Shown here piece after piece: positions 54,266 through 64,000 of a stretch of 64,000 nt of DNA. Source of the stretch: Fimicolochytrium jonesii. Lineage: Eukaryota. Under the pieces are notes generated by a model, which ran no database searches, was not told where the DNA came from, and worked only from the letters and a program-made list of their open reading frames with translations. Each line of letters begins with the position of its first letter. Position 1 is the stretch's first letter. Where the stretch lies: NCBI RefSeq assembly GCF_025526975.1, contig NW_026515675.1, positions 310,001-374,000 on the forward strand, written 5' to 3'. The translations under genes were made by a program, and so were the position numbers.

Positions 54266-54795
54266 CGTGCGCAAAATGGCCTGTCCTGTTTCCTAGGAGG
54301 AAACCCCGGCCTAGCTGCCCTTTCTGTCTCTACCCCGGCTGGCCGTCCCCGTCAGCAGCTGCTGCGATAGTGCTGTTCGTTCCTAAACTACCCTATGTAC
54401 TCTCGGACAGCCGAACTGCATTTCTGTGCCCTCGCCAACGCTCGCGATGAACTACACCCTATAGAAAGGTTTTCCGCTGTGTAAAACACAACGCACTCTT
54501 CGGCCTAAAGCGGTGTCACTGAGCTCGGGCCTGGCGACCGAAGTTTCGTCCTTTTCGTCCACTGTTCGGGGCGAAAATGGCGAAGCGAAGTTCGAGTTCC
54601 GCGTCCCAGCCTCAGAGCCTCCCATGACTCCCAGGAGTTCTGCGAGACTGCGAGGCAATCTGCGAGGAGTCCTCCTCTTGTCTGTCACACTGTACATATA
54701 CTCCTCAGAAAGCGAGAGACAGGCACTATTAGAGACCCATTCTTAGAAGTAGTACCCGCTCATCTTCAACGTCAAACACACCGGGCGGTTGTTTC

Positions 54796-54828
54796 CCCGG
54801 AAGCTGCCCGGAAGTCTGCCCGGAAGTG
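54796..54828 (+). repeat. Three tandem CCCGGAAG motifs in the TERT/DUF1640 divergent promoter
   Basis: ccccggaagctgcccggaagtctgcccggaagtg; copies start at 54796, 54807 and 54819. Confidence 0.8.
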
Positions 54829-54970
54829 TCCACATTTCAAGACCAGAAAGCAGTGTCGGCGGGCATCGGAGTTGAGAGGGATATTCTCGGTGCTGTGTAC
54901 AGATACCAGACGCCCAAGCAGACGCAGGACGTCCGCTCTAAGTGCTGGAAAGGAGAAGACTCGAGAAAGC

Positions 54971-56173
54971 ATGCTCCGCAGAGCAGCCAGGTCCTTAGGG
55001 AGGGGCGCTAGCGTCCAATGTTGTCCCAGCGCATCCTTACGATACACCTTCGCAAAGTTACCATATATTCCGTCTTCACATTCCCGCTGTCTTTCAACAT
55101 CGTTCTCAACAGGACGGTATTTCTCCAACCTGCCCTCCGACACCGACCATGAAGATCGTCTAAGCTCCTCTTCGCCAAGCTCCTTACTTACGGACGATTA
55201 CGACGACCGAGGACCCACCCCGGAACCTCCACCGGCGCCTACGCCGCATCTCCGCCCACGGGAAGTTCCAAATCTGCTTGAATCATCTCTCCCACCACTA
55301 TCATCCAGTATCTCAACAGAGGGAGAAACTGCCCAAACGATTGGGCTTGTTCGGGGGGGACTGGCGGGAAGTTCGAACGTTGCGGGTAGCGGACAATTCG
55401 ACATCACGCGGTATTCGAAAATGCTGCAGACGGAAGGGTTCACGGCACCGCAGGCGGACGCTATCCTGCAGCTGGTAAACGAGGCTGTGTCCGAAAGGTT
55501 CGTTTGGAATTGCTTCTCCGAGGCTATGTGATGGTCGAACACTGAGGGTTCATCAGGTTCACTGACATGCCGCGTTCCCAACAGCATGGAAAACATCGGT
55601 CGCTCCATGGTAACAAAAACCGAACAGGCTGAAGAAGTCTCCGACGCCGAACGCGATTTCGCCCAACTCCGCGCCGACATCCAGATGCTCGAAAAGCGCG
55701 ATTTCGCCGTGCTCCGCGGCGAGCTCGAACGGATTCTCGCCGAAGTTGAGCGCATGAAACAGGGTATGCGCGATGAAGTATCAAGGGTACATGGTGGGGT
55801 GCGACTGGATATCAATCTGGAGAAGGCGAGGATCCAGGATGAGGCGGCGCAGTTGAAGGATCTTGTGGCGAAAGCGGAGGCCAGAATTGATCAGGAGATT
55901 GACATTTTAACGAATCGAATGGTGCATATTCGTGATGGGACGAAAGCGAGCTTGAAACGTATGTATTCTTTTTCATTGATGGTGAAGAGGGAGCGGATGG
56001 CACGTTCCAGGAACTAACACACTTGTCGTTGTAGAATTCATGGGAATCGCCTTCGCTGCATTCTGTTGTACGTAACAAACACCTCCTCCTTTATGATTAT
56101 CCCTTGCCCTGATCTCACCCTTGTTTTCCGCTCAACAGCCTACAAGATCATTAGCTACAGTCAATCAAAGTAA
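54971..56173 (+). CDS. DUF1640 mitochondrial coiled-coil protein (CCDC90/MCUR1/Fmp32 family)
   Basis: Presequence MLRRAARSL...; FDITRYSKMLQTEGFTAPQADAI; DFAQLRADIQMLEK; VHGGVRLDINLEKARI; C-terminal TM in small exons; stop TAA 56171-56173. Confidence 0.88.
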
Positions 56174-56286
56174 ACTCTCCTCCCACAAACCCTATCCGGA
56201 CACAAGTTCTGCAATTCGTATCCTTATTGGACGTTAACACTACCTCATGCTGGAGATATAAGCATTTCTCCAATGAACAGCAGCTA

Positions 56287-56608
56287 GCGTTTGTATGGGA
56301 CACACCCCTTCCTTCGGCGAAGGGCATGGATGTATTTACCGTCGGCGGCCCGCATATAGGAGTCACTATTGGTCCCCCTCGTACGGATTGAGAGCGGATG
56401 GAATGCCCACATAGAGTGGGATAACATTCGCTTTCGGCGTCGTTAGGACACCTGAAGTTTTAACCGACGTCCGCCCGTGCGCGCCGCCTTGATATCATCA
56501 CCCTTGTATGCACATCCATATTACACACATCGATGTGCGTATGGATTTGGGAGTCGGTGGGTTGTCCACGGCTACATATATAGACTGCAGTATCCCATAC
56601 ATTGATGC
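56287..56608 (+). other. Highly self-complementary intergenic element (candidate structured ncRNA, or solo-LTR/MITE relic)
   Basis: Terminal inverted repeat TGTATGGGA (56292-56300)/TCCCATACA (56593-56601) plus at least five internal stems, several containing G-U pairs on the + strand. Confidence 0.45.
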
Positions 56609-57121
56609 CATGAGGACTCCCTCAGGATCCCTCCGCCCCCTTTCTCTCAACCTTTTCCTTTCCGCCTGACTCGAGGAGTTATCTTACGTCCATTGTAAGA
56701 GGTGATTCTCTACTCCGCATTAAACTGAAGAACATCTGCTCATGATGTGGGCAGAAACTAACCCGCCGCCGCATGTCCGCGCACGACCTTAGGGCATCTC
56801 CATCCAACAGTGACCGGAGTAACCTCGAGCTTGCGACATCAATCCTGCGTAGTGCGCGTCTTGTGTGGTTGGGCAACTTGGCGGCGAGTGTGGACTCTCA
56901 GGACGAGACGCGACGCGCTACGAACTACGCGCTGTCGATTGTGCCGTCAGTTGGCAGAATTATGAAGTGCCGACAGGCTTCCTCACATTATTTTCGCACC
57001 GCTGATTCAGATTCGTGCTTCTCCTCACCAACAGAATCTTTCGAAGCTAGTAGAAGCCTCTAAAGCGAACAGCATCCTGTCAAGCCCACAGCTGTGCACC
57101 GAAAACACTCATTTGCGAGTC

Positions 57122-60100
57122 ATGCTTGATCCGGACTCACAAGGTGAGGGAGCGCCCGAGAATGAAGATCAGTCTGTATCCGACCCCGTTCCCGAGGTCT
57201 CAGAAGAGGAGCCAGCGGAGGACTTAGACACAGCTGAGCATGAAGACAATGGAGGGGTAGGGGTGGATGTTCCACCGGCGACCGAAAGCGTTGATGAAGC
57301 CGAAGTCGAGTCGAATGCAGGTAACACTTACATCATTTTCGAATGTGTCCAATGACCACTGACAAATTGGACAGGGAGTGCAGCGGCATCTGCAACCGAG
57401 CAACCAGAGGCAGTCCAAAGCATTGCCGACGAAAGAGGCCCATTGCCTTCCAAACCCCCTGATGGTTCCACCAGCGATAACAACAACGACCAAACGAAAC
57501 CAGACGACCGCTCCCAGTATCCTGCGCTGCCACCCCTCCCAACCCGCCGCCCCGAGACCCACACCACGTTCAGCGAGGCGGACAGCACCGGCAGCCGGTC
57601 GATACCAACTACCCCCGCCGCGCATCATGTCACGTTCCAGACACCCGACGTCGGCGGGGCGATGCCTGATACGGACTCGTCGATTGATGAGTCGTCGGCT
57701 TTTGCACCGTCTCAGGCGATTGAGGGAGAGGCGGTGGAGGATATGGCGGAGAATGTTGCGTTGATGGATCCTAACGACGTATGTGCATGTCTGGAGCGAC
57801 TCAGAGTGATCGGAGTGCTAACCGCTCGATCTTTAGCCGCTCATGGAAAGGGTGCAAGCCGCCCTCTACAAGCAACTCTCGGAGCGTCGCTCCAAAATGG
57901 AACTAGAGTTTCGAGAGAAAGAGGACTCGGTGCGCGTCAGCCTCGCCAAGCGTGAGGCGGTCGGTGTTGAGCTGTATACGCTGCAGCAGCAGTTGGCGAG
58001 GCAGCAGGCGGTGCTAGAGAGCACGCAGGACAATTTGAATGTCATTCGGGGCTTCAGGGAGGAGGCGGAACGGATGTTGAGGCAGGCGAGCTCGCAGTGG
58101 AAAGAGCATAAGGAGAAGGCAAATAAGAGCTCGAAGATCCGTAAGTTCCGGGCTGTGCTTCAGAAGGGAATCTATAGGGTGGCTTACTCATGATCATCGA
58201 ACAACAGTGGAGGGCCAAAAATCCGAACTGGAAAAGCTAGCGCAGACCATCAAGCAAGTGGAACGGTATAACGAAGAGCTAAAATCCAAGATCCTCGTTG
58301 CAAAGCGGAGCACGATGAAGGCGGAGGAGGATCTTGTCAAGCAGGAGCAGGACAAAAAGCGTCAGGTAGAATCAAATTTTGCATGTTCCGTAGCCAGCGA
58401 GACAAAGGGCTCAAAGATCATCAACCTGTTAGGATTACTTCATTGACCGGTTGACCGACCAACTGAGAAGGCTGCAAGAACGGCGGGCACTTTTCGAAAC
58501 GCAGCTTATGGCTCAGCAGAAGGAGACCAAGGCTGCGATGGAGACGCTGCACGATGCGGCCACCGAGATGGAGGTGCGAGAAGGAGCTCTTATACGCGGT
58601 GTCCGTATAAATGCTGTACTAACATTCAAAATGCCCAGGCCATACAATTCGAGAAGCGGCAGCTGCTCCATCAGTGGAACAGCAGCCTCATTGGCCTCCA
58701 GAAACGAGAAGAAGTCATCCAGGAGATTGAAGGGGGTATCCAGTGAGTGCCCAATCAAAGAAACACCGTCTGCGAACTCTATCATTCAAAACTCACACCA
58801 TAACCCCCTCCCAGAAAAAATAAGAACACCCTCCTGACCATGAACGGCGAAGTATCTGGTTACCGGCTCCAGCTCCGCAAAGCGCAAGAGCAGAACGAAG
58901 CGCTCACGGTTCTGCTCAACAAGCTCGACGCCGAAGTCAGTCACCTCAAACGCAACATTGCGAATATCAATGAGCAGAGGGAGAAGCTCAATGAGAGCTT
59001 CAGTCTCTATACCAAGAGTTTGGATCAGACTGAAGGGGAGTTGGCTATGGTTATGCAGGTGCGTAAAGGATGTAAGAAGATGTATGCACAAGACGATCCC
59101 CGATTGAGGTTGTGTACTTCGTAAATGATAGGAACGCCGAGCCCTTCAAACCGAACTCTCCTCCGTCGAAAAGCGCCGGAGGCAAGCCATTGCAGCCACC
59201 CAAAAGCTCGAATCGGAGATTGCCGAGCACCTGCAAGCCCAGCTCTACATCTCCAAAGGCACGCAAGGCACTCAACGCGACAACACCAAATTGCGAGCCG
59301 AGATCCACGAAAAGGAGTCGGCGATCGCTAATGTGCAGAATGATCTGGGGCATATCCGGCTCGAGACGCTGAATGTCACGGCTACAATTCGTGGGATGAA
59401 GGAGGTTGTTGGGCGGTTGGATCGGGAATTAGCTGACCGGAACGGGTTGGTGGAGAAGTATGAGATGGAGATTAGGCGACGGAATGATGAGCTGGGCAAG
59501 AAGCAAGGGGAGGTGGATATGCTGAATAAGAAGTATGACCAGCTTACTGCTAAGAACCAGGTACGCACGGAAACAAAGACGTTTACACCTAAGAACCTAT
59601 ACTACCCCACAATATAACATCTGGCCATGATTGTTTCGCAGGACGAATCGATGGGTCCCCTAGAAGCAACCATCTACAACCTCTCCCGTTCAGTGCAAAG
59701 CAAAGAAAAAGAATGCTCGCAACTCTCACAGTTCTGGCTCCGCTCACAGAACGAACTGGTCTCGCTCACCCAACGCACTGGCGAGATTGCAGAGCAGACG
59801 AGTGAGCTGCAGATGCGGTTGACTGTGCTGAGTAGAAAGAAGATGGTTGTTAATGGTATGTGGCCTCCTCTCGGTTCTGGCGAGTGGCAATTGCAGGTTG
59901 TCAACAAGCTGACCTTTTTCTATGGGGTTGATGTCATCCAGGCGCATTCGAAACGGAACTGAAAGAGATCCGGAACCACGAACGCAATATCCGGCAGCTG
60001 CAGCACGATATGGTCAAGATCAACACGCTGTTGACCAAACATGCCGTCGTGCAGAACAAACTGGAGGAGAATAATCTCGGGTTGGAGCAAGAGTTTCGGG

Positions 60101-61191
60101 GGAGGCTGAAGGTGCGATTGTCTTTCGAACATTGGGATGCATAACTGAAGGTTATCCTGACTTCGACGCTGATTATGTAGAATGCGGAACTGGAGTCTAT
60201 CCACATGGAGCAAAACGTCGTCGACCTCCGCGCGGAAAAACAACGCGCACTCATCGGTCTCGTCGAAGCCGAGTAAGCCCTTCGTACATCCCATCCCATA
60301 CAAAATCCCACAAAACCAACCCGCCTCTCTCCTTTGACAGACGTCAAATGATGCTCTGGGAAAAGAAGATCCAACTCGCACGCGAAACGCAAGCAGCGTT
60401 AGACCCGAACGTAGGCGCGAGCGAAATCCGGGAGATGGAAGCCGAGATCCACCGGATGAAGCTCCGGCATGCGAGTATGCTGAAGCTGCAGGAGAAGATG
60501 ATTGGGGAGATGGAGAAGAGTGTCTGGAGGAGGGATAGTATTGCGTCTAGGTATGAGATTGAGGGGAATATGGGGATTTTCGGGCACATTGGGATGAATG
60601 GCGGTTGTACTTTTAGATCCCAGACGAAAGGAACGGGAGGGGGCCAGATCAATCTGCAGAATGCGATTGCGGATCTGACCAAGAAGATCCGGTCGACCTT
60701 AAATGAGCTAAAGGAATGCGATACCGGTATGTAGAGATCATTCATGAGATAGAAGGAAAGACCCTTGTTGAGATGCTAACGTCCACCCATCCCTCCTCGG
60801 TTCTGCTGCAGACATATCGACCCTCCAATCAACCCAATCCAACCTCCAATCCCAGCTCGACGCCACACAAACCTCCGCCCAAACCCTGCACTCACAGTCA
60901 GAGACGCTCCAATCCCAACTCGCGCAAAAGACCAACCTCAAATCCCTTCTGACTTCCCAAACACTGCTTTCCCAACGCACCGCGCGGCGATATAGGGACT
61001 ACGGGGAAGGGAAATATGTGTTCCTGGTCAAGGATGTGGCGGCGAGGGAGGCGGAGAGGGAGAAGATGGAGGGTCGGTTACGGGGGATTGATGGTATTGT
61101 GAGGGTGCTCGGGCAGGAAGGGGGGGAGGCCGTGAAGAGGGAGGTGGAGGTGGTCGGGATGTTGCTGCAGGGGGGGTTGGCGGGGAGGTGA
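57122..61191 (+). CDS. CCDC40: Coiled-coil domain-containing protein 40 (axonemal 96-nm ruler, FAP172)
   Basis: Acidic N-terminus; PLMERVQAALYKQL; KREAVGVELYTLQQQLARQQ; QDYFIDRLT; EKRQLLHQWNSSLIGL; MGPLEATIYNL; QFWLRSQNELV; RQMMLWEKKIQLARE...EIHRMKLR. Confidence 0.92.
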
Positions 61192-61520
61192 TTTTTCTGG
61201 ATGATTTGGACTGTGAGCGGTGCCTGGAACTGTATCTACCGAGTGATGCTAGGGAAGCGATGGGATACACGTACATGTAGATTAATTGACCTCGGGTGGA
61301 AGTCAAATGAAAGTCAGCGGACAAGAACAATTCAGGGCATTGCAACTCTTCCCTCATCTCCAATATATTGAGGGTACAGAGACGACATCCGTTGACATTC
61401 AACGTAACAGAAGTTTACATTCCCTCTAGATTTCCATATCCATATTCACACCGAGCCTCTCCCAAGCATGTTTTGCAAGGATCGTTCCTCTCCTCTCTCA
61501 GATGATGACACATCCCTTCC

Positions 61521-63081
61521 CTACACCGTGACGGAAAACGTAGTCTTCCTTCCACCCTTTCCGCTTCCGCTTCCGCTCCTTGGCCCGACCCGGCTAAATA
61601 CCCCGCGCTGTGCACTGCTTCCGTTTGGGTTGTTCACGCCGGTATAATCGAACGCGCGTTCAAAGAGACGGGAGGGACTGTTTCCTGGGAGGCGGTCCGA
61701 GTATAGTGTGCCCGCGGGTGGTCCATTCTGACGGCTGGAGAAATAAACCAGAGAGTTCAGTCCTCGTGAACACGGCAGAGTGGAGAAATAGAAAACCTCG
61801 AGAAACCAACGACTGACCTGCTCTGATGTTGTTGCCCCTGTGATGCGGCAGCTCCCGCGATGGAAAGACCGGCTGGCGCTTCCGAAACCCTCAAAACGCG
61901 TCCTGAAGAGCACTAAAAGTGAGAAAGGGACACGTAATATAGGACCGACTTAAGTATGGACCATACCATCGGCAGTCATTCCGTTGAGATTCCTGATGAC
62001 ATGCGCAGCAACTTCCGCTTCCTTAAACAGCACCTTGCACGAACCCTTTGAACGCCCTGCTCCATCTTTCGCGATAGTACACTCCAACACTTTGCCGTAC
62101 CCGGCCAGAATCGCCTGCTAAGTTTTTGAGATGGTGCTCGTAGGGCCTCGAAAAAGGCGAACGCAACGCACCTTGACATCATCCGCGGTTGCGTTCGGGT
62201 GTAAGTTCTCAATGATAACCGCGCGAGAAGCTGCGCCTTTAATGTTGATAGAGTTTCCGCGAACAGCAGCCGCTGCGTAACTACCGACGGAAGGTCCCAG
62301 GCGGTCGATCATCATTCCGTTGCTGTTTCCGATGTGAACGTTACGAGCTGGGGACTGGGCGTTGCTGGGTTTTCCGTGCTGCTTTCGCCCAATGGTTTTG
62401 CGCAGGTCCCCTTGCACGCCTGGTCCGATGGTTTTGCGCAGGTCAACTTGAACGCCTGGGTTGGCCGCTGCGAACAGGTCGTTCGTCCATTGTCCCTGTA
62501 CTGCTCTTCCACGGCGTCCAAGACCTATCCTCTGAGTAGGGGGTCTCTGTTCGTATGGGATATAGGGTCAGTGCGGGGTTGGTAAAGCGTTGGGGTGAAA
62601 ACCCGTTGGGTGAAGGGACGGTCAGACGGGTCCGCTGGCTTCTCTCGCGACAAGGACGTTGGGCGAGATATGAGAAAGACCGCGAATGCTCCGCCATCGC
62701 TCGCAGAACCATTAGTCCCCTTAGAAGGTACTTGCTTCGCTCGCCGGCGCATATGCTCCAGGTCGCGCTCGCTATCGTTCGGCTTCTGGTTCCCACTTCT
62801 CGAAACTTACAGAGTATGGAGTAGGTCGCTGAGTACGCTTGCTTTTCTGAATACGTCCACCTTGAACGGCAGGTGGGCGACGGCTCTGGTTCCTGTTTGT
62901 AGTAATGATCTCGTCCAGAGACTGCAAGCATGGGTGTTGGAATGGTCGAAGTGTGACGGGACGGCAAAAGGGCGGAGAGAAAATTGAGAGGAACACGCAG
63001 TGGTCAGGGGGAGTGATACGTGGCAAAGCGTACGAGCGGTATAACCGGAAGTCTATCCCGTACCAGGTCCATTTTGTCCAT
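61521..63081 (-). CDS. TREX-associated RRM protein (ALYREF/Yra1/POLDIP3-like) with an N-terminal UAP56-binding motif
   Basis: MDKMDL|SLDEII; RRM AVIIENLHPNATADDVK...GRSKGSCKVLFKE...LNGMTADG; ends RKTTFSVTV*. Confidence 0.78.
62389..62460 (-). repeat. 36-bp tandem duplication encoding PGVQ(V/G)DLRKTIG x2
   Basis: atggttttgcgcaggtc occurs at 62392-62408 and 62428-62444. Confidence 0.85.
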
Positions 63082-64000
63082 GTTTGCCAGGAATATACGG
63101 TGATCTCCGAAATGGGAGATCTCTCAGGCTTTCGGAGGCGGGGTTGGCGTGGGACTTGGCGTCGATGAGGATGAGGAATGACCGAAGGGGTGGAGCTAAG
63201 TGGACCCGCCAGAGAAGAGCTGTCCTTTCGGGCTGTTGTTTACGAGAATCAGAGAGCGGCAGTCCTGGCTACGTATATACAGTTTAAGAAGGTCTAGTCG
63301 TTGCGACTGAGCGGGTGGGAAAGGACTTCCTCGTTGTCTCGAAATTCCCAATTCGGCACAACGCACGCGACCCAGAGACCCAGCACGACCCCTTGAGGGC
63401 AAGGCTGGCAAACCCCCACCACACACCACTCTGGCAAGCACTTCCGTCCACCATACTGCATATATGTACAGTAAGCTGCCATTCAATATGCATAACACGC
63501 TGGAGGAAGTTGAGGGTCAGAGCGAGTGGGCTGCTGGCGATATTTCGATACTTCTCACTCCCGCAGGAGTTTAGTGGTTTTGTGTGCAATTATAGGACTT
63601 CAACGACACCCGGCGGACGAGTATTATTTGCCGAACGTCTGTCAGGTCGTAATATACAGTACCTTCCCGAGGTGTAAAGGTGATGCGATACATGTGCACG
63701 TAAGGGCGCATAGACATACAATCTATAGCGCCTGTCGTCCAGCTCACCTCGTACAAATATCTTTGCCCAATCGTCCTGTATCAATGTGTTGGGATATCAT
63801 CCGTCTCCCTCATCAACCCTGAAATATTGGGTCGCCAACCCCCTCCACTCCGCCTTGTTTCTGGTGCATGTATGATATGTACTGTACTTGTCCGTAATAT
63901 GTGTACATGGAGGCATGCTGTCGGCTCTCGGACTCCAGCCACTCCAAGCGAGTTTTGCAAAGCGTTCATTCGAGTCAGTGTCCATCTCCGGACACATGCC

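Noticed and set aside
56287..56608. Assignment of the structured element to SRP RNA, RNase P/MRP, U3 or an HDV/hammerhead ribozyme
   Set aside because: Diagnostic motifs (SRP helix-8 GNRA/AGCAG, P4 GGAAAGUC, U3 boxes, CUGANGA/GAAA) could not be located convincingly by eye.
56757..56795. CTAACCC and a lone TTAGGG as a telomerase RNA template
   Set aside because: Only 6-7 nt matches, not ~1.5 repeats; expected by chance and resembling branch-point sequence.
63200..64000. ORFs at the right edge
   Set aside because: Short, AT-richer, no motifs; likely promoter or intergenic DNA.

Overview
Gene-dense, intron-rich (mostly 50-90 nt GT-AG introns) eukaryotic DNA of moderate GC content. A chitin-synthase activator and a Zn2Cys6 factor (fungal) co-occur with axonemal genes (CFAP206, CCDC40, KIF9, FAM149, fungal-type TPPP), which points to a zoosporic fungus, probably a chytrid (inference). 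I reconstructed about 22 protein-coding genes by eye, plus one tRNA-Thr(AGT); exon boundaries are manual and approximate. There is no obvious autonomous transposon, CRISPR array or rDNA. The most notable observations are: (1) an intact, spliced DNA polymerase beta-like gene with a mitochondrial-type presequence, no lyase domain and two of three catalytic aspartates replaced by Thr; (2) a ~320-nt, highly self-complementary intergenic element between the DUF1640 gene and CCDC40 that matches no RNA family I recognise; (3) a lipoyl-less, catalytically dead E2/E3BP-like gene; (4) a type IIC/ACU-like P-type ATPase with altered ion-binding residues; (5) a three-HMG-box protein with a mitochondrial-type presequence; (6) a complete TERT gene. 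I cannot show that these form a single system.
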